The position numbers were made by a program, and so were the translations under genes. The notes below the pieces were generated by a model. That model did no database searches. It was not told where the DNA came from and saw only the letters and a list, made by a program, of their open reading frames with translations. A stretch of 64,000 bases of DNA from Balanoglossus misakiensis (Eukaryota > Animalia > Hemichordata), in contig CM082594.2 of the NCBI GenBank assembly GCA_040954595.2, positions 7,881,573 through 7,945,572 of the forward strand. Reading direction: 5' to 3'. Positions 34,501-49,092 of the stretch are shown here, one piece after another. Each line of letters opens with the position of its first letter. Position 1 is the stretch's first letter.

Positions 34501-37500
34501 CTGACTGATTGCGTTCACTAACCCAGTCTTCCTCTTCAGGTCAGCAGCACTCTGAAGTATTCCTTGTCTTACTAACTGTCGTATGATCTGAAACAGAAAC
34601 AATAATTTTGAAAGAAATCAAACAAAACTACATGATATTATGTAGAAAATAAGATGTTTTGAAAAGCGTGATCTTTTACTGCTCCACTGGTAACATCCCC
34701 AGACTTAATATTGTTAAGATTTTGAAATATCAGGGCTATTTTACCTGGCGTCTTGTTCTAGTATCATCTATGATATGTTCCATGATATGATCAACCACAT
34801 CTTTACCTGCAGGGCAGAATAGCAAAAAAAAGTTATTCCTAAGTTGTATGGTTCAAGTAATATAAAACATGTAAAGAAAGAAGCCATTTAGACTCACCAC
34901 CGCCACCACCACCATCATCTTCATCAAATCTATCTTTATACTCTTCATATAATTGTCTGAGTTCCTCTTCTTCTTCCTCCTTCCATTCAATTCCTCGTTT
35001 GGTGGATTGCCTGAATTAACAATATTCAGAATGCGATCATACATGTAGTTATGTTTATAAACTTGCGGCCATTTTGAATGTCAATAAATTTTTATGACTT
35101 CATTGGTATGATGTCAGGCTGATGACTCAAAATGAATTGCAATGGTTGTAGACAACAGCACAGTCAATGCCCATTGAAAATTGGCAGGAAGAGATATCTA
35201 ACCTTTCCGGAGCAGTTCCGTAACCTTCGTTCAACTCAAACACTTCTTTGTGATCTTTCCAGAACAAAATCTCCACAAATAACTTGTTGTTGGTTTGAAC
35301 CATGGAGAAGAAATTACTGACGACGAACTTGGCAAATTTGGCCGCTTCCTGAAAGAGATTTGAGAAATGCTGACATTAAACAGTTATTTAAACATACATA
35401 GGTCATACAAATGTATCATTCTCATACAGCAATTCCTGACTTTGCCTCTCCATGTATTAACAATATATTCAGTTAGAGTGCCCTCACCTTGAGGTTGGAA
35501 GATTCCACAGCTGGATCTGAGAGAATTTTCTGGAAAACCCGGAAGAGAGAGATCTGGAAGAGCAGAGGAACCATCTTGCAGTCCCAAGCAATCCGATGCA
35601 ACATTTTGACGGCACAGTGGTTGGTGAAGAGGGAATTCTTTCTGTAGTTTGCAAGCAGCAGGATGTAAGCCTTCAAGACACCCGGATGTGCAAACCTTGA
35701 AGAGGAAGATGTTTTTTATGTAAAAAAAAATATTTAAAAAAAAGATACATTGCATTAAAAATTGTCATGCACTACAGTAGACCATAGTGGACTTGTCGGA
35801 CATCTTTGCTACAAAATTTCACATTGTACTTACCTTTTCAAGTAGCCTTCAAAATTAAACTCCTCTTCAGAATAGTTGGTCTCTAGTATTTCCTCTTCTT
35901 CTGTTAAGAATATAGGAAGAATTATTTTTTTGTGATACCAATTATTATTGTAACAAGAGAATTATCATTCAGAGCCACAGATCAACCAATCAAAATCTCC
36001 TACACATCAATGCTTGATTGTGATGTCAATAGTTACCATCATCTATTTCTTCCTCTTCATTCAATTCGTCATCATTTTCTGTGGGTTGGTTGGGTCCTGA
36101 AATAGAGTGTAATGTATTAAAATTGGCAAATGAATTCTGGCAAAAATACAATTGAAATAATGTGCAAGAAAACAGTACTATTTAAGCTTGATGTTGGATT
36201 CATGTGAAAACTTGGTGGAACACAGACTGAAGAAACTTTTGTTGTGTAATGGTGGCATGCCACCCACTTACTTGGTAAATTAGCATAATTGATTTCTCTG
36301 ATTGCCATGAATTCATCTTCTGCTGTGATGTCACTGGCACCAAAGACATCATTTTCGGGCCAAACCTCTCTGAAAAAAACACACCAAAAAGAAACTCAAT
36401 GGAATGACTATTGTGTTATCCATCTGTCTGTGTACTATGGGTGTCTGTTTCTTTTTTCCTTTATCTGTCATTTCTCTTCCTTGCAGATATGCACTGGAAT
36501 ATATTCTTGTGCTGTGACTGGATTTACAAAAGTGATAAACCAAGAGATAACATTTGTGCTTACCTAGCAGCTCTGAACAATGCAATAGCTTCACCTCCTT
36601 GTCCGTTGTGCAATGCTTGCTGGATTTGAATCATAGCATTAACTCTGCAAAACAGAAAATATTAGTTCATTGAGGCTATCTCAGTTAGATGCCTCTATTT
36701 CCTTTCTCCCTAAAATCCTATCATTTATTTCAAGCCGAGAAGGAAGGAAAGATGTGGGAAGGGCCATCATACCTTTGCTCTTCCACCGGTATATCAGCAG
36801 CAGCGTCAAATGGAATAGCGTTGTCCGGAATGTCTTCTCTGCCCTGCAACATGGCCGACATTTCACTGCTCACTCTATCCCACAATTCATCCAACTCCCC
36901 TTCAGTTTGACCACTTCCTGTGAAAACAACACAAAACCTTCGATGCTGCATTTTCTCTTGATCGAGTTGTACATTGACTGCAAAGACAGCACTTTTAGTC
37001 ACAAATAAACAGTAAAATATATGTACAGGAAAGATGTCATCTTGAAGACCAGTTTCACGCAAATGTGTCGAATCCCCCCCTTTTTACCTTCAGCATTTCT
37101 TTGTCGCTGTTGCTTCTTCCTCCTCTTCTTTTTTTTCTTTCTCTAAATTTTCGCAAAAATAAGACAAAATCAAGAGGGTGATGAAATGCAGGATTTTATT
37201 TGAAACCATTTCTGGTGCTGTGAATTTTCTTTAGAGCATTGTTCAACAAGCAGGCCACCAAGTAAACTTGTTTTACTCTGTCAATAACATCTCACCTGCA
37301 CCAAGACATGGTTCCTTCCTTTGGCGAACTTCTCAAGCATCTTCACAAAGACATGGGTGGTCTCAATAAGATCTTTCAAGAAGTTCCTGTAAAGAAATGA
37401 ATGTAATTCATTGATTTTCATATATTTAGTTAGGGCTATGACACAAAATCCGTTATGACCACATACATAGACCAAATCATTGTCAAGATGTGACATCTTA

Positions 37501-40404
37501 CTAAAGAAATATGATTTACAGGCCATAATTTTCTTATCAAATGTTTAAGTGGTTAATGACAGAGACAACTTACTTGGATAGTTTAACAGGATCATATTTC
37601 CGAAGCAGTGTCACAAAGATTTCCCTATACTCCATGACATAGAAGATATTACTCTTGATGACTTTTGCGCTGTCTACCAACACTGGATCATTCAAGTGAC
37701 TCATGGTGTCCAGTGACAGCAGTAATTCCTTGTACGCTCTCATGGCGAGGTGCATTCTGGGTAAAAGAGATAAATAGCCACATCACATACAGAAGCTTAG
37801 CTTGACAAGGCATCGTGTTTTGCTCACTAAACGACCGGGTGTCTGATGATTGAGAGTTTGTAAATACAGCTGAGATAAACTATATTTACCTTCTTGACCA
37901 TTGCATGATTTCTTTCTTGTCCGTCAACATCATCTCGTAGTAATTCTGTAAGTTGGTCTCGATGTAGTGAAAACTCTGCACAGAGAAAGTCTCACTGAAA
38001 ACAAACACGACAAAATATATTATGTATCTGGCAATAATCTGACATCAATCCAATCCAATTTAGTTACAAAACTAAGAGCAAATCACAACGAATAAACAGC
38101 AATACGTGCAGCCTGGATGATATACTAATATTTCCATATTGCATGTTATAAAATTTTGAACAAACACCGTTGTATGACTTACCTTACAACATCAACTTTA
38201 AAGTGATGGTGTCGACTAAATTCCATGAAGAATCTCATTGCCCACAGATAGTAGGATTCGTCGTTCTTCTGAGCTCTGTCATGCAAAAGATTGTCCTGAA
38301 AAAATCCAACATTGGAACACACAGTGGATGAAAACCAAGTTGAAATGGATACCAAAATTGACAGTGAGTGGTCACAGAGTTTGACATCATTGGAGGAGAG
38401 AAGAAATGTTAACAGAGAATATTCGAACTCACCCTAACAGCATGCATCAGAGGATTGTAACAGTTCTCGATGAACACGACACAAAATTCTTTCAAGAAGA
38501 GACAAATACTGAGGGTTGACCTCCGGGTCACGTCAGAGTCTTTCAGCGGGCGCCTGTGGCGCGGTTTTCGTCGAGGGGCCTTGTTGCGATCGAACGTGAG
38601 GGAATCCGTGGTGACCGGGGAGCAATGGTAGATGAGATCATTCTCGCTGATCGACTTGACGTTTTTGATGCAGAATGTTCCACCAAACCTGGGATGCCTA
38701 ATACATGTATGGAGAAATCAAAAATGATGAGATCAAGAGGGCCATATTGGATCGCATCACAAAAGTAACTGACATGTACAAATGAACACCACCCTCACAC
38801 CAAATTTGGGGTTCTCCCCAGGGACTCCTGACAGAGTATCAGACAATTTGCATAACAATATTTACCTTGTGCTGTACTGTTTTAGACGAGATTTCTTCTC
38901 AGCCTGTTCCTGTTGTCTCATCATTTCTAGTTCACTCTCGTCTTTCTTTTTCTGTACACTCGATCGACCAATACCGGCCCTGGCAATCTGTTCTGGGTCC
39001 TGAGTGGTACAAAATTGATATGGATTCTGTGATTTGGCCAAGATGGTGACTTCATAAGGTGGGGATTCACTCTATGCACAGATGTAGATCACACCAATAT
39101 GCAAATGATTCTCATCCTGAAGGAGTAAAGATGTCAGCCTGAAATCTTACCTGCTCTCTTAGCATCAATGACAGAATTTCAACTGCATGCATACACCACT
39201 GTTGCTCTCCCTCAGAACTGGCGATGTACAGCAACAGTTTGTCCATCCCACTTGTATTCAACACCCACAACACTTGGTCATGAATGCTGGCGTCGTCATC
39301 TGTTCTCTATCAAAAATCAGAGAGAAGATTTTCATCAGGCATCAACAACACATAATGGTACTTCTTTGGGTTTATCAGTGGAGCTGAGATGAAGGCACGA
39401 TGACATTATTTGTAATTCTAGTCCAAACCTTTTCCTCATTAGGGTCTGCAGGAACATGAAGAATATTCCTGATAAGCAACAGAATTCTCTCCATCAGTAA
39501 TGTGTGGTCTTCTCTTCTATCTTCCCATTCCTAATTGGAAAAACAAAATTAAATATCTGGTTGAAAAAGATATGAATTCCTACAGAAATAGAGATTAATG
39601 GAAGTGAGGAAAGTCCTCCCTGACTCCCCAAGTCTAAAGATCACATACCATATCCAGTAATGTCTTGAGTTGCCTTGACAACACAGCCATGAAGTCTTCA
39701 TCAGCAAAGTGTTCTTTACATGATTGTAAATGATTCTGTATTTCCAGGAAGTAGTGTCGGAATGTCTTGTCTTCCGGGACCTTGTTGCCAAAACACAACT
39801 CCGCTGGCTGAGTCAAGTTCACAAGTAACCTGGCAATTGGAATTAAATGAACTAAGTATTTGTCTGAAAAAAATCATATCCACTCTTCATTTGGTCCGAA
39901 ACTACAAAAAAGTTGCTTTCTTTTTTCATGGAAATGATATGTGAATTTTCTGGCACTTACAGTAAATGACTTACCTGATAACAGTTTCAAAAAGTTCTTC
40001 ATCTTCATAATATCTGATAATAATGGGTATCAAGTCATTTTGCACAATCTGGGCGTTACCAAGCTGTCGACGGATTTCTCGAGTATCATCTTCTCTGCGC
40101 AAGAACCTTATCAAGTCTCTCACAGTTTCTAGAAGATGGGGAAAAGATGACGAATGAAGAAACTATGTCCACTCCCTTTTGCTGTTAGACAGATTATACC
40201 AAACAACAAATCCTTTTCCAATGCATTTTTAGTTATCATTTCCGATAAAAACTATGGGAATCAAAACAAATCAGTATGACAGTCTAACATACCAATACCA
40301 GTTTACCTACCTAAGCAATCTGGTTCTTTGTGATATGTACTCCCTTCAGCACAGCCCAGTGCATTGCAAGTGGCTAACAGTTCACAATTCATAAGCTCTG
40401 GCAT
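31596..40404 (-). CDS. TIMELESS: Timeless homolog (TIMELESS/Timeout, replication fork protection complex)
   Basis: [17 protein letters not shown]...[13 protein letters not shown]-free exon chain with [81 protein letters not shown], and a long acidic C-terminal exon (31955-32875). Confidence 0.95.
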
Positions 40405-40729
40405 TTTTAATATAATTGCTGGTCGTAGAGATCTTCACCAAGGATCTCCACTTAATTTCTATATAACACAAGGAGAAAACATTATTAAATGCAAGAGAAT
40501 CACCGAAAGGTACATCATTGATTACACCCATTGCCATTAGCAACGCGGAAGCGAAAGCGCTAGGCGTACCGTTCTAAGGCCGAATTATAGCAATCTAGTG
40601 GAACTTATTATATGTAGATGATATAAATATCGTTTACCTTACTAACGACAAACACCTGACGATGTGAGTTCGTCTAAATACTCGCAGTTCTCTTTATTTT
40701 CACTCCATGTATTCAATGCGATACGCGAA

Positions 40730-40740
40730 TTTGGCGCGCC
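40730..40740. promoter_or_regulatory. E2F-type site (TTTGGCGCGCC) at the likely TIMELESS promoter or non-coding first exon
   Basis: Exact TTTSSCGC consensus about 330 bp upstream of the TIMELESS ATG, with a minus-strand donor-like site near 40636. Fits an S-phase gene. Confidence 0.5.
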
Positions 40741-41005
40741 GCTTGATTTGACCTATGAACTCTTTTTAATCCCATCCTCGTTCGCACTGATTACTCTTTG
40801 TGCCACCTGGCGCGGAGTGTGACATAAAAAAAGTTTGTGTCATGATACATACGCTTGGGAATGTGGTGGTTTCCACGGCAAAAGTGAAAAAGTTTTCAAT
40901 TCAGGACTCGAATTAGAAATCCTGTCAGGTATATTAAAGTGCGACATAAAAAACCAGGACAAATATTTTCGGACATTTACCACACGTGGCTTTGAGTAAC
41001 CCATA

Positions 41006-41078
41006 GCCTCAGTGGCCAAGTGGCTAAGGCGTCGGTCTCGTAAACCGAAGATCATGGGTTCGACTCCCATCTGAGGCT
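41006..41078 (+). tRNA. tRNA-Thr (anticodon CGT)
   Basis: GCCTCAG/CTGAGGC acceptor stem, D-arm with A box (TGGCCAAGTGG), TCGGT-CTCGTAA-ACCGA anticodon arm, T-arm GGTTCGACTCC, and an oligo-T Pol III terminator at about 41093-41103. Confidence 0.97.
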
Positions 41079-41816
41079 GTAGCGTGTCTCATCTTTTTTT
41101 TTTACTGAAATGTGTTATTGTCTGGGCAGTTCCATTTAATTATTATCTTTTTGACAAACAATAACTCGTCAACTTGAAAACTTCTCTTTGCAGATCCGAA
41201 GTTTTCATTTGAGAAGTTACTTTGTGATACTGTACGATAACTTTTAACATCTTTGCAGACTTTGATGAGATGCGGGTGTGTTTTCTAACTTTTGGTGAAA
41301 TGCAAACTGTAGGATTTTGCAGACGTAGACATTCTTGCTACTGTCTGTGGATATTTACTGTGAAAATGGCCATTAGGTATTTTCATTTCGAATCTGGACG
41401 AGGTGACAATCATTGGGGATCAGATATTACAAACAAATGAAAATAAAAGATGGCTGCGTACAGTTGGAAATCGTGACAAGAGTGTACACTAACATTTCAC
41501 GAGATCTTTTGAGAATAGAGAGGTGATTACTGCGCACTCCAATTACAAACCTGTATCGAGTGTTTAAATGGAGTGTCTCGAAACAGAAAGCCCTGTCCCT
41601 AGTGTCAGTGCAGTGTTTTTTGAACTCTAAACTACAGTCATGACAGTGTGTGCATCACATTGCTTTCTTGGTCTTATATGCTGTACATGCACACTGTGAA
41701 CAAGAACCCTGTACTGACATACATGTAGTTTAATCTAATGAGAACATGATTTAGATCAAATCTGATACGAAGTGTCTCAAAATCTCTTTTTCTTTATCTT
41801 CCAGGCACTGTCAGAA

Positions 41817-44454
41817 ATGAAGTGGAATTTAACATTTAAAAACATCAATTGTAGGATGTGCCAAACAATGAAAAATATGTGTCTTGCAAAAAAATATAAC
41901 CAGGCTTATTTGGTTTGCAAATTGGACCCTGCCAAAGTTAAAGAGGTGAAAGGAAGGCCACATTGGAATACCGAAACACCTTTTCATAACAGATATAGAT
42001 TGCAGTTTAACATCAATACACATGATAGTTGCAGAACAATCAAAAGACACTTTCATTCTGGGAAACAACTAACAACTGATAATGTGTATACACCAGTTGA
42101 TGAACATCAAAGTGACGACAGAAGGGCGTCACCATGGAGAATCATGTTCTTTGGAACGGATGAATTTGCATTGGAATCACTGAAGGCTTTGAACCATAAC
42201 AGGTAACTCAAAGTTGGTAAACTACCTTATCACTGATCTTATAAGGGAGTGATGTGTTCAATAGGTCCATGTGATGGAAAACAAGGAAATGATCATGACA
42301 TCTAAAGCTTAAAATATCACCTGCTGCAGTAGTGACTGCAGTGAGACTGCACCATGACTGTAAGTGCCTAAGGCCATCACTGACTGTAGTAAGCACTGAG
42401 GCAATGTATTACCAGGTATTGTTATTTCTTCTCTCATTTATACAGGATAAATGGTTCTTCAGTGTCGGAATTGCGAGTGGTATACTCCAAAAGTAAGGTA
42501 TGAATTCTAAGTATTGATAAACCAGAGATTTTCACTGATCATTACATCATGCTATGCCATCCTGTCAGTATTTGTTTTCTGTATGATGATTGCAACTTAT
42601 GACGACTCGTTATACTTTTTTCAAGTTGTAAATGTCTGTACTGTGTTTCTTATCATACAGGGCATGAGGAGAGGGAAGGTCCTAGACATTATATCTCCAG
42701 TCCAGAAATATGCATCAGATCACAGCTTGCCACTGTCTGAGTGGACAGATATAGATTGGAGTTGTGGATATGATGTGGGTGTTGTGGTTTCATTTGGTCA
42801 TCTTATCCCAGCTAGAGTCATCAATAAATTTCCTTAGTAAGTCAGGTTATAATTGCAACACAGATTTGAGATCGATGAAGTTTGCTAACACTGAATCACA
42901 ACGGCATCAACAACTTTTGTGATTGTATACTTCTCTGTTGATTGTCTATATACAGCGGGATACTCAACATCCATCCCAGTTTACTGCCAAGATGGCGAGG
43001 TGCATCTCCAATCTACCACACAATACTCAGTGGTGACCAGCTGACAGGGGTCACCATCATACAAATATCAACTAAGTGAGTACTTGGTAGTTATAAGTCC
43101 TTATTCAATGGTGAAGAGATATGAAATTGTAGATAAACTAAGCCCTTTATAGGGATGATTACAGAGATGCTGTTGTAAACATACCAAAATCTTTGTCATA
43201 TTGTCTTGTAGGTTTGATGTTGGCCCTATCGTCGCGCAGAAGTCTTGTTCTGTTCCCGACAGGTGTACAACTCCACAGCTTTCAAATGTCCTATCAAAAC
43301 AAGGAGCAGATATGGTGAGTAATTGACTGGTACTGATGACATAATCAAGTATTTTACTATCCTTTTCTCTCCTTTATTTGATAACTAAACATAAGCCAAA
43401 TTGTTTCTACCACAACAGTTGTGCGAGACTTTAGAGAATTTACCTGAGAGAATTGCCAAGGCAAAGCCACAAGACAAAAAAGGAGCTACACTTGGTAGGT
43501 GGTCAGTTTCTATGATTGTTTGATATTCAGTATACCATAGCCAGCAACTTGTTTGTACATGTAGAGAAAGTCAAATTTGAATACATGTATAATTATGTGG
43601 TTTTATTTCTATTTTTCAGCCAAGAAGATTACTACATCAATGAGTTGGATTGACTGGTGTGGTTATTCTTGTGATGACGTTGATAGATTGTACAGAGCAA
43701 TATCGGACCATGTAAGAATTTGGTCTTCATTTGCATGAATTTATACTATAGTGGTCTTGAATTTAGTATGTCTTCTCCTGAATGTCTTTGAGTGCTATCA
43801 TGGCAACTATTGGTTGAAGTTTATTCGACACGGATTGATTGTACTTTAAACTGTGTGTCACATACAGGTTACACTCAGAACAGAATGGGAAGGAAGACAA
43901 GTGAAACTGTACAAAATGGCGGAACCAAAAACTGTACAAGGTGGGTGCACAAGGGATGTTGACACAGATATAAGATGCTTGAATTTATTTGACTGATCGA
44001 ATGATGTGTACATCATGAATGCAGGTCTCACCCATTTTATCTCTGGCTGTCTTTCAGATCTGCATTTACAAGTTTCTGATCCAGTGCCGGGCCAGATTGT
44101 GTTCCACAAGAAAAGCAAATTGCTGTGTGTTAGGTGTAAGGTGGGTGTCAATTCGTGTTGCCTTGGTTACCTGGGTTCCATGTTGGTTACAAGATTTATT
44201 TGACATGTCAAACGAGGAAAGGATAGATATATGTATGTGTATGTTTTCTTGATCATTCTTAAATCTGTTTTTGATTTTCCCCCTAGGATGGTTGGGTGGC
44301 GTTTGAAGGTGTTACTCTACAGATGCGGAAAAAAATGTCATCGCAAGACTTCTACAATGGCTTTCTTTCGAGACATAAATCATCCCAGAGAAATATTTTC
44401 AAGAGTTTGCCCATGAATAAAAAAATACAGTCAAAGATAATGACAAGTTTATGA
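41817..44454 (+). CDS. MTFMT: Mitochondrial methionyl-tRNA formyltransferase
   Basis: Basic presequence-like N-terminus, [74 protein letters not shown], and C-terminal DFYNGFL. The start codon is tentative. Confidence 0.92.
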
Positions 44455-45302
44455 TGCAGTCCTTCGTCCTGCATCAGACTTCCCCCGCAGGCATTGCAGT
44501 GTTGTGTGTGCTTTGTAAATGACCTTATTGATCAAAATAAATTTATGTGTTATAAACAGTAACAGAACTGTTTTGCTTTATTACCAGAGAGGGCGCTCTT
44601 CTGATGCATTTTGTCTTGGACTGCCAGAATCGAATATGCGACGTTATGCACAGCTGATCTTTTGTTTCCCAATAAACAGTTCTGTTTACATACAAAATTT
44701 CTATTGTTTGTATTAATAGAAATGCCCAGATCAACGCATCCTGATCTTACACTGTCATATGCCTGCATATTGTCTCCCTGAGAGAAACATTGAATAACAA
44801 CCAGAAAATATTTTCCAGTTGAACATGGACAGTATAATATTAATACATGTGCTAGTGGTAGTCAATAAGTAGATATACAATTCGGATTCATGTTATACCA
44901 GTACATGTATTAAAAATATAAATAGCCCGTCATGTTCAAATCCGGCAGTGACATGACAGTGGTGATCTTCTGGCCTTAATTATGCGTTAGATAACGCCCA
45001 CTCACAGTGATGGTGATTATATATAGTGATTGTTTAAATGCGGGCTTTGATATTATGTGGGTACATATCTATATATATTAAAGGGACCATCCCGCGTTCA
45101 CCATTTGGAGGGTACATAATTTACCAGAAACATTTCGAGGCAATTTTAATACGCGCTACAATCACATCTGATTATAAAAACTGCCCGCCCCCGTAAAGGA
45201 CAAATGAAAACTACCTTACGAGTATACAGGACAGCTTTATTGACACCATTTCTCATATAATTTCGTGTCGTATTGGACGCGCATGTTATTCAAAGTGTCA
45301 AA

Positions 45303-47634
45303 ATGGTGGAGAAGAAATTGGACGGTGGGTGGGGATGGGTGGTCACTTTTGGCAGTTCCATCGTCATTATGTTTGTGGTAGGCATCGACTTCACCCTGGG
45401 ACCATTCTTCGTTGAATTGCAGCGCTATTATCAAGCATCATCCGCCGACATCTCTTGGATTATGTCGTTAGGGTCTGCTCTCAAGCTCTGCGTTGGTGAG
45501 TGGTTTTATTATATAAGCTGGTTTCTCCATATTCCACCATTACTCTCCTCAGCCCACAGAAGTCTAGAGTAAAATGCCAACCCTCGACTTTTATCTTACT
45601 CAGGAGACATGGTGTTTTATTCATCATCGGAGCACTGCCCATGACATAGAATAAATCGACTTCTTTGTATAATCAGTCACGTCATCATATAATATTTCAC
45701 GTGTCATACTTGGAAACCAAACGTCATTATGACAAAGTTTTGTATCATGAAAACCATTGGCTCAACCATCGTTCGGCTATGCTTCTTTTGCAGGACCTCT
45801 GGCAGGCTGCCTTTCAAGACGATTCGGTGTGAGGCCAGTGGTCATTACTGTCGGCATCCTTTCTACTATCGGTTACATCTTGTGTTCCTTCTCCACTAGT
45901 GTCGTGTACTTATACTTCGTCTATGGAGTATTTACAGGTGTGTTTGTGGGTGTGGAGGGGGGGGGGGGGGTCGAACGCAACGTATCAGAACGATAACGTA
46001 TAAATATCCGGTGATAATGTATTACATGTACAATGTATACCGTATTTTGCGTTGTGTCTGAAGTGTTGGTCATGTACTGAGTGAGGATGAACCTAGATAG
46101 AAACTACCTCGCTGTATCTAACTTATTTTTCTTTTCTGCAGCATCTTCACTGGGTATTGCGTTTGCACCAACGGTGTCACTGATTGGCGAATACTTCCAT
46201 GAAAAATACGCACTGGCCAATGGATTGGCCTTTATCGGCACCGGTATCGGCGGGTTCGCGTTAACGCTCGTCTTCCAGGCAACGATCAACCAATACGGCT
46301 GGCGAGGGTCGTACATCATTTTAGCTGGACTTAATGCGCACATAATCGTGTGCGCTGCGTTGTTTCAACCACCGCCGCAACGCGAGCCGCAACCGCAAGA
46401 AAGGCCAATAAGTAACGTTCCTGCTGGAAGCAAAACAGAATTTCTGAAGTGCATTGATTTTGCCCTTTTCCGAGAGTTCCCAACCTACACATTGATTGTA
46501 GTTTCAGAATGGCTTCTCTCGGTTGGCCTCTACTCCACATCGGTGCACCTGGCGCCACGTGCTGTGTTCCTGGGGATGACGGCCAATCAGGCAGCACTAA
46601 TCGTCTCGGTCTTCGGTATAGCTGGCACCGTAGGTCGGTTGCACGGTTTCATAGTTGATAAGAATTACGTGTCGGCCATCAACCTGTATCGAATGGCCAC
46701 TTTTCTGGCAGGCGCGGCATCGCTCTGCAGTCCCTTACTGGAGAACTTTTCCGGATCCGTCGTGCAGAGCGCTGTTCTTGGATTTTGTTGTGGCATTTAC
46801 CTGCCGTTGTTCAGCGTCATCTTCAGAGAAATTGTCGGTCAAGAGAGACTTGCGACTGCTTTCGGAATCGGCACATTTGTCATGGCAACGGGAGTCCTCA
46901 TAGCGCCACCCATGGCAGGTATGGATTGATGTATGGATGTATGGATGAATGAATGAATGAATGAATGAATGAATGAATGAATGAATGAATGAATGAATGA
47001 ATGAATGAATGAATGAATGAATGAATGTCACCAACAATGGCGTCATCAACACAGTCCTTCTGTAATAGAGAGACTTTGCTCAAACCAACGACATCACGCC
47101 AATCACGGTGTTCCTAGTTACATGCATGTACATTGTTGTTTCGTTAATTTTACTACATGGCAAATAACCATAACATTTTGTGATCTACAATGTTTTTTAC
47201 AATTAAAGTATTTCTGCATTTTTTCTTGCAACTGAGATAGTGTGGCCAGAATTGTGAAATTTCGCTTTCCTTTTTTTGTCTTGCGTCTAGGTTGGATCTT
47301 TGACACCTCAGGAAACTACCACATCTCGTTCTATACGGGCGGAGCTTTCTTTCTCACCAGTGTTTCTGTCACCATGGTGAAGAACATCGAACTAAACTGT
47401 CGAACCGCACACGGGAAGACGAATGGACATGTAGACGAAACACGAGAAAAGCAGGTACCGCAGAAACAAGGCGATGACACGTATCCAGTCGCGGAAGACA
47501 GCAACACTGTACCCATGGCGCCAACGGTGCATATTGCCATGGCTACTGGCGAATCGAACTGCGGTGGCATAAGGAGACCCATGGCGTCTAACCCACCAGA
47601 CAACAGTGCATACCATTATGAAAGCCATGTCTAG
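45303..47634 (+). CDS. SLC16/monocarboxylate transporter family MFS protein (MCT12/13/14-like), 4 exons
   Basis: DGGWGWVV signature, GPLAGCLSRRFGVRPV, YFHEKYALANGLAFIGTGIG, YGWRGS, PPMAGWIFDTSGNY. Confidence 0.9.
46945..47027. repeat. (GAAT)n microsatellite just after the SLC16 exon 3 donor
   Basis: About 20 perfect units are visible. Confidence 0.95.
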
Positions 47635-47811
47635 CAAAGAAGTTCAAATGTGAAGCTAAACATTACGTTCCCAAGGCAACACGCGGAGGACTCACCTGTT
47701 GTAGTTGGTCCATCTACGATGTAGTGGAGTCCAAACTGGTCAGTTTAGCAGCCCCTTTTCGGAATTGGTGATTTTTGGTACATGTAATTGGTTTCATGGC
47801 CAATCGGGGGA

Positions 47812-47965
47812 ATGGGGACGAGCACAAGCCCGCGTGCTTCAAGTTCTTGAATAAATTAAGAAAGCGTGCTCCGAGTTGAAATCGGCGAACATCTGTTCAT
47901 TTGATTAACAATCAGCAGTAGTTTTTAACATTCAAATTAACAAAGGTGCTTGGGCTCGTCACCAC
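47812..47965. mobile_element. Small foldback/MITE-like element with imperfect terminal inverted repeats
   Basis: GGGGACGAGCACAAGC at the left versus GCTTGGGCTCGTCACC at the right (14/16 complementary), with weaker inner complementarity. Confidence 0.4.
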
Positions 47966-49092
47966 TTATTGTACTTTCACGTTTGTAACGACTACACCAT
48001 TACATGTATATACATAAAGAGTCGCTTCAACAAGCCATGTTAAATACAATGTTGTCAAAATGTCTGTGTCTGATTACAAGCAACCGTGTTCTCGAAACAG
48101 TCGTCTTAGTATTCAGGTGTACCATGCAGGTATCTTATAGAACGCGATTCTGTGACCATGCAAACTCGGTCATCGACAGGTCACCGACTGCAGGTATGGG
48201 TCTCCTGACAAGGCAACGAACTCTGTCCTATGATTGACCTGTCAACTTCTAGAATTCTGTCGGAGCGGTCATAATATAATAGTGCGACGGCCAATCTCAT
48301 AGCTCAGGTCAATATAAATATATTGACGGACACATAGTTTTATCAGATGAAAATATAACGGAAATATTACGAAATAAAACGACCCTTTGCAAAGCTGGTA
48401 GAAGTTAGAACAGATCACTGGTCTTTGGCGTGGCTTGATTTCAAACACATTGTCTTTTACTATGTAAACTTTATTGATTTAATTCAGGTGCTTAGATTTA
48501 CAAACTTCTACCAAATTTTCAAAGGTCAGACTGTGACTCCATCAATCAGGGACTTATAAATGCGCGGATTTCTCTTTAATTACCGAAAATAGCATTGCGA
48601 ATTTCGACAGGGGACGCAGATCAGACCGATTACGAGCGGTGAAAACAGGTGCCAAACTTAAGGCCAAAAGTTAGCGATACCACAATCTGTTCTAGTAACA
48701 TTGTTGTCAGTCCTAACAAGCAGAAATAGATCAGACAAAGTGGGTTTCATCCAATTACAAATCTGCACAAATATAAGTCTTCCTTGTATGCAAATTACAT
48801 TATGATAATTTGATTGGCTTACGTATGGTAAAATGTTCGCTATGCAGTACATTTATTGCGGTGGAAAGGGATTGTCCACATTTTCAGCAAATTCTCTTCT
48901 GTCCATCTCAGGTGAAATTCTGACAAAGCCACTCGAACTGGTATACGTCTCTGACCAGAAGGGCTGTGAATTATACACCCTTCTACCACGATATTCCGCT
49001 TGCAATACATTTAGTTTTCAGTTTCCCAGTGCCCACGTCTACGAGTTCGCCTGCTCCATACAATCCAACTGAACAGATTACATGTAATTAGA

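Noticed and set aside
46945-47027. Repeat arrays as CRISPR
   Set aside because: These are simple microsatellites without spacers, in a eukaryotic context with no cas genes.
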